The translations under genes and the position numbers were made by a program. From positions 1-64,000 of the IMG/VR virus record IMGVR_UViG_3300012007_000017: a stretch of DNA of 64,000 nt, one strand, 5' to 3'. Below, in pieces: positions 47,001 to 58,700 of this stretch. Numbering within the stretch: the first letter of the stretch is position 1; every line of letters begins with the position of its first letter. Source of the stretch: an uncultured virus (IMG/VR IMGVR_UViG_3300012007_000017) (taxonomy: Duplodnaviria; Heunggongvirae; Uroviricota; Caudoviricetes). The notes under the pieces were generated by a model. That model did no database searches and had not been told where the DNA came from. It saw nothing but the letters and a program-made list of their open reading frames with translations.

Positions 47001-47633
47001 ATGACGAAAGACGAGAAGGTTAAGTCTTTATGTAATTGGTGTAACAGTCATACCTGTTATCCGACACACTGCAGAATCTATGACCTTTGTCAACAATACC
47101 CATTTAGTACGGCTTGGACTAATTTGCCAGACGAGGATATCGATAAAATTTTTGAAGCACTTTGGAAGGAGGACGTGGAAAGAACAGAGAAAGGAGACCA
47201 GAAGGTCATGGAGGAAAGGCGTGAGAGTACTGAGATGACGAGAGAGGAAGTTGCAGAAAAGGTTATGAAAGATCTGATAGGTACGAATAATCCTAGAGAG
47301 GCAGCTACACGGATTCTATTCGGAACATATAGTTCTTCATCTTCCGATCAGAAAGCCAAAGCAGACTACGGTAAGGAAGAACTTACTCTGGTACCCAGGC
47401 GAATTATTCACGATATTTGTGCGATCCGCATGTATGGTAATAAGAAGTATCCTGAGGGCGGACCTGATAACTGGAAGCAGGTTGCGATCGAGAGATATCG
47501 GAATGCGACATTCAGACATTTCCTTGCATATTTGGACGATCCTCAAGGGAAAGATAAAGAAAGCGGTTTCCCTCACCTGTGGCATCTGGCTTGTAATATA
47601 GCATTTCTGTGTGAGATGGAGGATAAAGTATGA
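47001..47633 (+). CDS. Protein with C-terminal dATP/dGTP diphosphohydrolase-like (DUF5664) domain
   Basis: K.D.GK..L.L.P, YG.KKY...NW, RH, D.ESG.PHL.H.ACN..FL. Confidence 0.75.
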   Translation: MTKDEKVKSLCNWCNSHTCYPTHCRIYDLCQQYPFSTAWTNLPDEDIDKIFEALWKEDVERTEKGDQKVMEERRESTEMTREEVAEKVMKDLIGTNNPREAATRILFGTYSSSSSDQKAKADYGKEELTLVPRRIIHDICAIRMYGNKKYPEGGPDNWKQVAIERYRNATFRHFLAYLDDPQGKDKESGFPHLWHLACNIAFLCEMEDKV

Positions 47634-48184
47634 GCAATAGAGATGAGTCTCTGGATATGTTCCTACAGAAACTTGACGCTATAAATTCGTTCTGTGAGTC
47701 TAGGGGAGACGAAAGCCAGCACGCTTGCGACGGTTGTATTCTTAGCGATTATTGCGTCGACATTCCAAGTCGCGAGTCATATAAAACGGCAGTTAAAAGC
47801 ACGGATAAATGCATGGAGCTTATTAGGAGAGCTAAAGAGGAGGATAAAGATGTTTGATACGACAATCGATTTGCTGTTGAGCATGTTCTGTATTGCTTTA
47901 CTCGCTGCAGCTTTTGCAGTCATAGTAGCTGGTGGAGCGTATATTACAATACGCATCATAGTAAGTATCATGATATTTATTAGGGAGGAATTATGACCCC
48001 AACAAGACTGTATGAGTTCGCCAAAGAAGGCGCGAAGGATATTGTGGATCTGGATGAGATCGTGGACACCTATAAGCGTTTAGATTCCGGGGCGATCGAG
48101 ATGAACCTAAAGAATGGTATGAAGGGTGTATTCAGGATTGACGGCAACAGCAAGACAAAATATCTGATGATTCAGTGGAGGTGA
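47630..48184 (+). CDS. Three small coupled hypothetical ORFs (47630-47857, ~47850-47996, 47993-48184)
   Basis: Overlapping start/stop codons with RBSs. Confidence 0.5.
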
Positions 48185-48187
48185 AAT

Positions 48188-48781
48188 ATGAAAGTATATA
48201 TTTCTCCCACAAGACCGGACGTAAGTGAGATTGATGGTAGTTGCACGTACGTATTTCTGGCGGGTGGTATAACAAAGTGTTGGGATTGGCAAGACCGATG
48301 CTGTGAATTGATTCAGGAAATAGCTAAAGACAATGAGATAAACACGGATAGACTGATCATCTTTAACCCTAGAAGATTATCTTTTGATACTGCCAATAAA
48401 ACCGCTTCTGATGAGCAGATTAAGTGGGAATATGACTATTTAAATTTTTGCGATATTTTTAGTATGTATTTCTGCGAGTCAGATAGTGTTCAGCCCATAT
48501 GTCTCTATGAACTTGGTCATTATATTCCTGGCATTGTGAGTCAATATTCAAACTATCAAAAAGCTCTACAGCACATCATAGTAACTGCTGAATCAAATTA
48601 TGCACGCTGCTATGATGTGGAGAAACAGCTTGAACTGGATCTTGGACGAATTGAGAAAAGATTGATATTTGATAAAAACGAGCATAGAGAAGAAGCTATA
48701 AAATCTCACGCCAGCAGAATTTTGATTGCCTATGAAAGGGATCAGACAAATAAGGTAATAAAGCGTATAAACATTGTGTAA
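48188..48781 (+). CDS. Nucleoside 2-deoxyribosyltransferase-like protein
   Basis: VFLAGGI...WQ, FNPRR, QI.WE, PI.L.ELG. Confidence 0.8.
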   Translation: MKVYISPTRPDVSEIDGSCTYVFLAGGITKCWDWQDRCCELIQEIAKDNEINTDRLIIFNPRRLSFDTANKTASDEQIKWEYDYLNFCDIFSMYFCESDSVQPICLYELGHYIPGIVSQYSNYQKALQHIIVTAESNYARCYDVEKQLELDLGRIEKRLIFDKNEHREEAIKSHASRILIAYERDQTNKVIKRINIV

Positions 48782-48803
48782 AAAGGAAGTGGAGGTGAAT
48801 AAA

Positions 48804-49103
48804 ATGGACGAAAATTTATCTAATGTTGGCATTGACGCCGATATGGAAACCAAAGCGATCATCATCGTAGCTAGGTATATCAAGGAGCATCTCGATAAAA
48901 CAGACGGCGAAGTATATTTCGATGTTTATACCGTGTGGAAATGCAAGACCATACAGAACTGGAAATTCCTTATTAGTTCTTCTCTGCCTGATGGTATGTA
49001 CTACGAGGTCACATATAACGGGGATAAGGAAGAGTGGTATCTCGATGCCTATAAGAAGTTCGAGGATCGCTGTATTAAGTCTGGCTATGACGATTATATT
49101 TAG
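48804..49103 (+). CDS. DUF6275-like protein (from recall)
   Basis: VW.CKT.QNWK, DGMYYE.TYNGDK.E.Y.DAYKK. Confidence 0.65.
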   Translation: MDENLSNVGIDADMETKAIIIVARYIKEHLDKTDGEVYFDVYTVWKCKTIQNWKFLISSSLPDGMYYEVTYNGDKEEWYLDAYKKFEDRCIKSGYDDYI

Positions 49104-49118
49104 AAAGGAGAATCAAAC

Positions 49119-52072
49119 ATGATCTTAACGTTTATTGCATTTGCTATATTGGTTGCTGGCCTGTACATGGGCATTAAAGGAGGTAAAACCTACAATTATG
49201 GACTTCAGGAATGTGGCTTTGTAGTTGCTGTAGTTGGAGCTATTGCCGCTATTATTATGGTATTTCTTATTATAATGGCGCATGTCGGTGTTGATGTCGT
49301 TATCGAGAAAAACCGGATTAAATATGAATCCCTTTGCGAGCGATATGAGTTGATTACATCCGAATACGAAGATGTTTCAAAATCTGACATAATTAAGGAA
49401 ATCACTGAGTGGAATCTATCTGTTTATTCTGAAAAGCACTGGGCTAATAATCCATGGACCAACTGGTTTTATTCAAAGCGTGTTGCTGATTCGGTGGAGA
49501 TGATAGAGATAGAGCAAGAGTAATTATATTTAGGAGGTTCTATGGATCATTTAGTTCAATTTACAATCAGCATTGATGACGCGCATATTGCAAATAAGGT
49601 TGAGCAAGAGGCGGCCAATGCGCTGAAAGATGAAGTCATTAAAGTGTGCAAATCTCACATTGGCGACGAAAGAAATTACTGGGGAGATGGGCAGCCTGGT
49701 CCTGCTCTTAAGAAAGCCATTGATGATTTCATGAACGACAATCGCGAAGAGATCATCAACAAAGCAGCAGACAAGTTGGCTGAGAGATTATCCAAGACGA
49801 AGATCGTCAAGGAAGCTGCAGCGAAGAGAGTTGAGGAGGTACTATGACTAACTGTCCTAACTGTGGGGCTCCGCTTACTGGCCACAAGTGCGAGTATTGC
49901 GGGGCCATTATATTTGACTTTGCGGCGATAGAGATCGGTAAGCCAGTATGGATTAATTTCAAGATGGGTGATCGTTGGGTGCTAGCTCATGTATTACTGG
50001 AGTCAGGCGATATACATGTCGAACCCATGGACGAGTTCATTATGTATGCTGATGGAATAGCTCAAGCTACATTCAGAAGACCAGCCCCCGTTAGAATAGA
50101 AATGAATTTCATTGAGATTCCGACCGATAAAGGCTATGGGCATATTGTGTCTGAGAGAAACGTTGTACCATCAATAGATTTGGAGGGATATTTATGACAA
50201 ATGTAGAAATTTTCATCGATGAACTGGGGAAACTGCCGCATGATAACGGGAATAATCTTAAGTGGGCCGTTGAGACCGACTACGACAAGAGAGTAGTCAA
50301 GATTGTAATGAGGGATCGTACAAGAAAGCCAGTCAGAGTAAAAACCCAGAAGTGTCCTTTCGAAGATATTATGGCTATGGTTGAGCCCAGGCTAGCAGCT
50401 AAGTCGATCATTGAGAAAATGTATTATGACTTCGGAGAGCATATTGTCGACAAGAAACTTCTTATGTCTCCAGATGAAGCGGCGGGCATTCTTAGAGAAT
50501 TCGCTAAAGACTTCGAGGAATGTGGCGCTTGGGATATTGAAGACGATGCGCTTGTAACGGCTCTCAAAGTTGCGATTAAGTGTCTGGAGGTTACGCTATG
50601 ATGAGTCCTGATGAAGCTATTGAGGTTTTGAGAAACCTACAGGATTGGTTATATTTGTGCTCAATGAATGGCGGCACTAGAATACAGAGAGAGGCGCTCG
50701 ATATAGCCATAGCTTGCTTGGAGGAGAAGTGTCATGAATAGAGAGCTTACAAGAGAAGAAGCCATAGAGCTGCATAGACAAATGTGGACTGACATGCAAG
50801 CTGAGTTGGGTGACACTCCTTCTTACCAAGAAAGAGTGGAATTCAAGGGAAAATGGGTTGATGAGCATTTTCCTAATGAGCGCGTGAATTCAGATTGCTT
50901 TTTATGCGAATACGCTGAATCTGTTACTAAAGATTCATTTACTAGATGCCGTAACTGTCCTATAGCGTGGAATTCTGGCTTTTTTCCTAATTGTAGGTCC
51001 AGTAGGGTAAATTATAGATATTCGCCTATTTCTGTGATCTTAGCGTTGCCGGAAAGGGAGGTTGCAGAATGAGTAAGAAAATACCTCTTTATCTTTGTGA
51101 TAAGAAGCAGGACTGTAATGGTCCTTGTTATAGGTACTGTCGTTTAACGCATGATATTAATCACGCCGTAAGAGACGATAAAGGTAATCCTATCATTGTG
51201 ACTTATTTTGAAGATCCTGGAGATACGTGGTCAGGGTTTAAGGAGGTTGAGAAGTGAAGAGCGTGAAACTGTATACGGATGGTGAATACGAAAACATGGT
51301 CGGACTTGTGCAGAATGCTCTCTGTGAAGTCGAAAACATGGAAGAAGATTATAAAACGCTTCTAGTTATGGATTATCTTACGAGACTGCGCGATGCGATC
51401 ACTGGTAAGGAGGCGACAGAATGATTGAAAACGGATTCTACAAGCATTATAAAGGCGGTTTGTATGAAGTAATCGGAAATGCAGTACATACAGAAACAGG
51501 AGAAAAACTTGTTATTTATCGTCCTGTCGGTATGATTTCTAAGATATGGGCAAGACCCGAATGTATGTGGAATGAAAAAGTCGATGAGCAGATAAGACGG
51601 TTCGAGAGGGTGGAAAAATGACTTACTGGGAAGCAGCTTATATTCTTGAGCATGGGTCAACGGATTACGAAAAGATTCGAGAGGCGGGAGCAATAGCATT
51701 GAAAGTTATTAAAGAATTGAATAAGAAGCTTGATGAAGCTGAAGCTGCGAATTTTAGGGAGCCGCCAAAGAGAGGACCGCTTTATGGATCTAACTCCGGT
51801 GTGATATTTGTTGATGAGTTTTGCGGGGAGGTTGAAAAATGAAACCAACGCTAGCAGGATACTTGGAACTGCTGATTAAGGTATTCATGGCCATGATCGC
51901 CCTTATATTTTGGGGAGTCCTGATCGCTGTGGTTGCCATGGCGGTTCCATTTTTATTAAGTCTTATTTGTGTATTGGCTCTGGCTTCGGCTGGAGCTTTT
52001 GTTTTTAGCTGGGAATATGTGTGGGTCGGGACAATATTCTTTTTAATCCTGATTGGTATAGCGATGGAGTGA
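49119..52072 (+). CDS. Run of about 11 small coupled hypothetical genes, incl. DUF1653-like 51421-51621 and Zn-ribbon 49844-50197
   Basis: Back-to-back ORFs with RBSs; YKHYKG..Y.V...A.HTET.E..VIY...WARP motif; CPNC..CEYC. Confidence 0.6.
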
Positions 52073-52125
52073 TTATATTTTACAGCTCTTGTAATAGAAA
52101 GACTATTTTTACAGGAGGTAACAAG

Positions 52126-52951
52126 ATGACAAAAGCAAGAAGAGCATGGCTTATCATTGTCGGAAGCGCCATGACCGTAGTTGGTTATAGGTGCATGTGC
52201 AATGGAGCAGAAGGTGTTATTTGCGGAATCTTGGGTATTGAACCCGAAAAGTAAAAACTGAATATGGAAGCGAAGAGTCGTTGTAGAAGATTACAGCGGC
52301 TCTTCTGTTTTTCATTATATTTTTAAAAACGAAAGGAGAAAAATCATGAAAAAGATCAAGAGTTTGCTGTGGAGTATTATGGGTGTTGGCTGTGCTGTAG
52401 GTTTCGCTTGCCTGGGAGCAATTGCGAGTCTGTCCTATATCGGCTGGGCACTCGAAGACTTCAGACAGTTCAGAGACAACTGATTATATTTAGAAAGGAG
52501 ATCGAAACTATGAAGACATTTTTCTACGGTGTAAAACTCGGTGCAGGACTGGTAGCAGGCAAGGTTATCATCACAGCGGCAGCTTACGTGGCACTGAGAG
52601 CTGTGTTCGGCATGGATGGGCTTAATTATATTCTCGGCAGAGGACCTAAGCCCAGCTGGATGAAAGGCCAGGAAGAGCCTAAAGTCGAGTGATCTAATAT
52701 TACAGCTCCTATAGTAGAGTAGCAATATTTCACTTAGGAGGTGCAGGATGAAAAAGAAAAGTATGATCAAGACACTCGCTGCTGGTATCGCTTTTGGAGC
52801 TATCGTAGGCGTAAAGGTCTGTCTCGACATTTATGACTTTGGCTATCAGACCAGAGTCAAAGAAGAAATGGGCGACAAAGCCGCGGCAAGACTCAACAAG
52901 AGCGTGCAGGAGGTCCGTGTGATCGTCAAAGACACACTTAAGAAAAACTGA
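52126..52951 (+). CDS. Four small membrane-type ORFs (52126-52254, 52346-52483, 52510-52692, 52748-52951)
   Basis: RBSs, hydrophobic N-termini; first and last sit in motif-hairpin cassettes. Confidence 0.6.
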
Positions 52952-53044
52952 ATACTGAGAAAAGGGGCTGTTGGCAGAAGATTACCACAGCTCCTTTTAT
53001 TTTTCTAACCGTTCATTATATTTTTCCCAGAAAGGAGATTTGGC

Positions 53045-53995
53045 ATGGGAATCAGGAAAACTCTGGTCAAAACGGGCTTATTTATCAAGAAATATTCACC
53101 TACGATCCTGGCAGTTGCCGGTACAGTATGCACAATTGCTGGTGTGGTGCTGGCTTGCAAGGCTTCTGCAGAGAGCGCTGATGATATTTCAGAGGCTAAG
53201 GAAGAGATCCAGGAGATTAAGGAGACTCTTAAGGACAAAGAGAACAAAGACGAGATCAAAGCCTGCAAGAAAGAGATCCGTGGTATCCGCTGGAAGGTCG
53301 TTAAGAAGGTCGGCCCCAAGTACATTATATCTGTGTTACTGATGGTAGGAGGTGTTGGTGCCCTATGGGCCAGTAAGTTGATAGTTACATACTGGCTGAA
53401 CGGCACCTCGGCTGCTTATATTGCGCTTGAAAACAAGTATCAGGTGCTGGAAGATGGGGTGCGTAGAGAGTACGGCGAGGATGCCCTTGAGAGGCTCAAA
53501 ATGGGCTGTAGAGACGATTTAGCAGAGGTGAGGTACACTGATACCAACGGCATCGAAACGTCCCGTATAGAGGCATTTAACGACGTTGTAGACCTGAATC
53601 AGGTAGAGCTCTTCACCCTGACCTTCGACAGGACTTCTCCTCGTTATGTGGGCGATGCTCAGCATGATCTGGCGACTATTCTCGATTACCAGAGTCATAT
53701 TTTCACACCTCTCTTGCAGAAACAGGGCGCCATTTCCCTTGACCAAATCGCGAATATTCTCTGCATTGCTCCTAAGAATAAGGAACAGCTGCTGGTATGG
53801 CGTAACACTTGGTGGACTTATGATCCCACAAGAGCGGACAAGGACTGCCACGTTAACCTGAGACCTAAGGTAGTTTACAACAAAGATACCAAGAATTATG
53901 TCAATGGCTTCGATAAGGTCATCGTTATGGATCCTAATTATGACGTTGTGGTCACAAATGGGGACTATAGCGAGGTTTACAAGGCCATGAAATGA
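53045..53995 (+). CDS. Membrane-anchored paralogue 3 (DUF6353-like)
   Basis: KYSPTILAVAG...LACKA pattern. Confidence 0.6.
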   Translation: MGIRKTLVKTGLFIKKYSPTILAVAGTVCTIAGVVLACKASAESADDISEAKEEIQEIKETLKDKENKDEIKACKKEIRGIRWKVVKKVGPKYIISVLLMVGGVGALWASKLIVTYWLNGTSAAYIALENKYQVLEDGVRREYGEDALERLKMGCRDDLAEVRYTDTNGIETSRIEAFNDVVDLNQVELFTLTFDRTSPRYVGDAQHDLATILDYQSHIFTPLLQKQGAISLDQIANILCIAPKNKEQLLVWRNTWWTYDPTRADKDCHVNLRPKVVYNKDTKNYVNGFDKVIVMDPNYDVVVTNGDYSEVYKAMK

Positions 53996-54168
53996 GGTAA
54001 AATAGATGGATAAAGGCAGTAATTGGGGTAAATGCCCTCTTAGGATTCTCGGTTGGGCTGAAATAAGAGGACACAGAGTCGGCTGGTGTTATATTTGTGG
54101 CAAGAATGGCGATGTCTGTGACCCCGATTACTGTCTTGGGCCAGATGAGGATAAGAAAGGAGACGAGG

Positions 54169-54930
54169 ATGAACGTAAAACTGTGTAAACTGCTTATATT
54201 TTCGGCAGGTGCAGTCATCGGAGCGGTGATTTCTGCGGTTGCGACTAAGAAAATTCTGCAGAAAAAGTACTGGGATGAGTTCGATCGGGAGCTTAATGAG
54301 CAATCTCTGCGGCATAAGGACGACATGAAGGCGCTCAAAGAGGAAAACGCTGAGCTTAGAGATAAGATTTCCCAGCAGAATGTAGCAATTCAGACCCTCG
54401 CGGACCAGATTTCGGGCAAAAAGTGCGTTAATGAGGGCGGATTAGCTGCTGATAGCGATGCGGAGGAGGACCGATCGAAGGCTAATGGAGTCCAAAACAG
54501 CGTTGAAGGAGAGGCTGAAGCAGGCAGACGGCGATATTCTGGCGCCTTTGACGAGGAAAATGACGGGATTGAGGATGATATTCCGGGAGAAGACGGGTAT
54601 TTTTCAGAGGAAGAAGTCGAAACAGAAGAGCTCATAGTGATGGCGGACAAGATCCAGCGCATTGATGAGACCGATTTCGACACAACTTGCTTCGATTACA
54701 GTAAGGAAGAGCTCACATATTACACTCGTGACGGTAAAATGGTGACCGAAGATGGCGAGTGGATGGAAAGATATCCTGAATTTGTGGGTGATTTCTGGAC
54801 CGGAGACGTCAATAATGGCGATGTTATATTTGTGAGGAACAATTACTACAACGCCGACTACATGATCACCGTGAAAGCTGACTTCGGAGAGAACTTTATT
54901 ACCTGTTCTGATAGTGAATGGGAGGACTAA
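54169..54930 (+). CDS. Acidic protein with N-terminal TM helix
   Basis: GAVIGA helix; LTYY..D, VRN...DY.I. Confidence 0.6.
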   Translation: MNVKLCKLLIFSAGAVIGAVISAVATKKILQKKYWDEFDRELNEQSLRHKDDMKALKEENAELRDKISQQNVAIQTLADQISGKKCVNEGGLAADSDAEEDRSKANGVQNSVEGEAEAGRRRYSGAFDEENDGIEDDIPGEDGYFSEEEVETEELIVMADKIQRIDETDFDTTCFDYSKEELTYYTRDGKMVTEDGEWMERYPEFVGDFWTGDVNNGDVIFVRNNYYNADYMITVKADFGENFITCSDSEWED

Positions 54931-55491
54931 GTGGATAAAGTTGAAGTTCAGAAAGACTATTATATTTGGCTGAAAGGGATCTCTGAGCTTGGCGAAAAAT
55001 ACTCTATGTTGTGCGATAAACTGCACAGAACGCCATTTGTATGGATTATCGACATGGATGCAAACAGGGCTTCGGACGGTAAAACACTCAGATATTTGTA
55101 CACTTGTGAACGTAATTTCGATAACGAAGAGCGGGAAAAAGCGGAAGAATATCTGAGTGGACCGTGCTCTTTGCTGGAGTTTTTGGTAGCTTTAGCCAGG
55201 CGAATTGAGGTCGATATTATGGCCGAAGGCGGCATCGATGACCGTACTGGAGAGTGGTTTTGGGACATGATTAGCAATCTCGGACTACTCAAATTTGATG
55301 ATAAACACTATAACGAGAACCAGGTTGATTATATTTTGAACCGGTTTATGAGCCGAAAATACAAGGAAAATGGGGACGGAAACATCTTCAAAAACGTGAA
55401 AATAGGCCGGGACAAGGGTGGGCCACTTTTCAGGGATTTGGAGGTGTGGTCGCAGGCTCAAGCATATTTGGTGGACAAAATTGGATTATGA
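54931..55491 (+). CDS. Conserved hypothetical protein upstream of replication origin
   Basis: D.NRA.DG..LR, CS.LE..VALA, WFW.M..NLGL. Confidence 0.65.
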   Translation: MDKVEVQKDYYIWLKGISELGEKYSMLCDKLHRTPFVWIIDMDANRASDGKTLRYLYTCERNFDNEEREKAEEYLSGPCSLLEFLVALARRIEVDIMAEGGIDDRTGEWFWDMISNLGLLKFDDKHYNENQVDYILNRFMSRKYKENGDGNIFKNVKIGRDKGGPLFRDLEVWSQAQAYLVDKIGL

Positions 55492-55760
55492 AGGGCGAAA
55501 AACCCCAAAAATAGCCTCAGGGTGGGCCACTTTTACCTGGGGTGGGCCACTTTTGGCCCACTTTTTCGAAACAAAAATGGCCCACCTTTTTGCACAAAAA
55601 TGGCACTTTTTGCACAAAAATGGCACTTTTTTGGCACTTTTTTGCACATTTAAGGGGGGTGGGCCACTTTGCCCACTTTTTTTTCTACCTTTATATAGAA
55701 AAAATTAACATATATAAAAAGTTGTTTGAGGCCCAATTTGTCCCGCCCATTTGGCCCAAT
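55416..55760. repeat. Iteron-like repeat cluster, probable replication origin
   Basis: gggtgggccacttt at 55416, 55520, 55540, ~55657; tandem tttttgcacaaaaatggcac; AT-rich tract; upstream of primase-polymerase. Confidence 0.75.
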
Positions 55761-55792
55761 TTTTCATCAAATTAGGAGGTACGAAATGAACG

Positions 55793-58700
55793 ATGCTTGA
55801 CTTTATAAAAATTAAAACCAAGGTAAACAAGGACGCCTCCATCGAAGTTTCACCTGATTATATTTGCAACAAGAAAGTCAGCGATGTAATGATTCGTGGC
55901 GGAGCTTTCTATGCTATCTGGGACGAAGCGCTCGGACTCTGGTCTACAGATGAGCACGACGTCTTTAGGCTGGTTGACAACGAACTCTGGCATAAGGTCG
56001 AGGAGTTGAAGCAGAAGTACGGAACGGATCGTAATTATATTGTCAAGACCATGTCCGAATTCTCTACCAGCAAACTCACCGACTGGAAGAAGTATCTTAA
56101 GGCTAGTCCAGACCTCTATCACGAATTGGATAGTACTGTAACTTTCCGTGATGACGAGGTTGCCAAGGAAGACTATGTAAGTAAGCGCTTGCCTTATTCA
56201 TTGTCTAACGGTCCAACACCTTGCTATGATACTCTGATGAATACATTATATTCTGAGGAGGAGAGAGACAAGATTGAGTGGGCTGTTGGTTCTATATTGA
56301 CTGGCGACTCTCGTAAGATACAGAAGTTCCTTGTCCTGTACGGTGAAGGAGGTATCGGTAAGGGAACAGTTCTGAGAATAGTGGAGGCTATATTTCAGGG
56401 CTATACAATTTCCTTTAACGCAAAGTCTCTTACGTCAAGTAATAACCAGTTTGCCTTATCTCAGTTTAGGTCAAATCCTTTGGTCGCTATTCAGTTTGAC
56501 GGCAAGCTTAACAGAATTGAAGACAATACGCTCTTAAATAGCCTTGTTGCTCATGAACCCATGACTGTAAACGAGAAGTATAAAGCTCAGTATGATGCTT
56601 GCTTCTCGACTTTTTTATTTATGGGTACCAACAGTCCGGTGGCTATTACGGATGCTAAGTCTGGATTGATCAGAAGGCTTATTGATGTTCAGCCAACTGG
56701 TAAACTTCTTCAGCATGATGTTTATGACAGAGCCACGAACGGAGTTAAGTTTGAACTTGGCGCTATTGCTCAGCATTGTATCGACAGGTATAAGGAAATG
56801 GGCATTAGTTATTATGACAAGTACAAACCGACCAGCATGTTCAGCGCTACCAATGACATGTATAACTTTGTCTATGATAATTATGACGAGTTCAATGCAG
56901 AAAATTATATTACTCTTAAACATGCCTGGACTCTGTACAAGGATTATGTGGAAGAAGCCAAGCTGTCATATCCTATGAGTCTTCGAGTCTTTAAATCGGA
57001 ACTAGCTAACTATTTCGAAAAGTTTACCGAGAGAGCCAGAGTCGGTAACGGAGAACGCATTCGCAATGTCTATCAAGGATTTAAAACCGACAAGTTTCAG
57101 ATTCGAGAAGACTTTGTGGATGATTATATTCCCATTGAAGAGCTTGAGGCTAAGGAAGCAGAAGCTGAGAAGGTAACAATGCCCTTCGATTGGCTCAATC
57201 TGGACAAGACAGAGAGTTCTCTTGATTATATTCTTGCAGACTGTCCTGCTCAGTATGCTAAAGAAGATGGAACTCCTGAGAAGCCATGGGACAGAGTTAC
57301 TACGAAGCTTAGGGATTTGGATACGTCCAAGGTTCATTACATTTTGTTACCCGACGGGCATATCATTATCGACCTTGATCTTAAGGACGAAGATGGCAAC
57401 AAATCCATGAAGCTTAACCTGGAGTATGCCAAGAAGTTCCCTCCGACTTATGCTGAGTTCAGTAAAAGCGGAGGCGGTATCCATTTGCATTATGTTTATG
57501 ACGGAGATGTTAATGCGTTACGCCGTATGTATGATGACAATGTGGAAATCAAGGTGTACAGAGGAAATGCATCGCTCAGAAGGAGGCTGAGTTATTGCAA
57601 CGATGTTCCGATTGCTACTATCAGCAGCGGACTGCCAACGAAAGGAGACACCACAACTATGCTTAATGTTGACAGCATTAAGAGTGAGGCGCAGTTGCGG
57701 AGTCTGATTAAGAACTGTTTGGCGAAGAAACATCACGGACACACAACGCCTGAGGTTAATTATATTTTCTCAGAGCTGGAGAAAGCCTATAACAATGGCG
57801 TGTCTTATGATGTTACTGACCTGCGCCCCAAAATCAGGTCTTTTGCGCTTAACAGCCATAATCAGCCCAAACAGTGTATGCGCCTTGTAGGCAAGATGAA
57901 GTTCAAATCCAAGGACTTCGAAGAGAAAGACCTGAATCCTGAAGTACGGACATTGCCTGAGAGCTGGGTCAAAGCTGTGATCAAGGATCATGACCAGCCT
58001 GACGATTACGAAGAAGCCAAAGCGAAAGAAGATTCTTCTAAACCCCTTGTTATATTTGACATTGAGGTTTTCCAGAATCTTCTTTTAATTTGCTGGAAAA
58101 AACTCGGCAAGGAAAATCCTGTAATGACCATGATTAATCCTACGCCTCAGGAAGTTTCTGACTTTGTGGAGAAGTACAGACTCATTGGCTTCAACTGCAG
58201 AGGATACGATAATCATATTTTGTATGCTCGTATTCTTGGCAATGATAATATGGCTATCTACAAGGTATCTCAGAGTATTATCAACAACACTTTCAATGGC
58301 TATGGTCCTGCCTACAGAATTTCTGAAGCTGATATTTATGATATTTGCAAGAAGAAACAGGGCTTGAAGAAGTGGGAGATTGAGCTCGCTGAGAAAGGTC
58401 TATTGGTGCATCACCAGGAGCTTGGCTTCAGATGGGATGAGCCGGTCCCTGAAGATCAGTGGGGTGTTGTTGCTGAGTATTGTGCCAACGACGTTATCGC
58501 TACAGAAGCCGTTTGGGATGCGAATCAGGAAGACGTTAAGGCTCGTATGGCTCTGGCTAAGATTAGCGGTTTGAGCATCAATGAGCGTAACAGAGCGCAT
58601 GCGGCACGGATTATATTTGGGAACAATAAGAATCCTAAGCTTGTCTATACTAAATTGGCTACAGGTGAAAGAAGCGATGGAACCATGGACATCGCTTGCT

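Noticed and set aside
47001..47633. 2-aminoadenine (Z) genome pathway
   Set aside because: No PurZ-like gene visible; the hydrolase domain alone is insufficient
55418..55775. ORFs across the origin repeats
   Set aside because: Low-complexity translations of repeat DNA with no RBS
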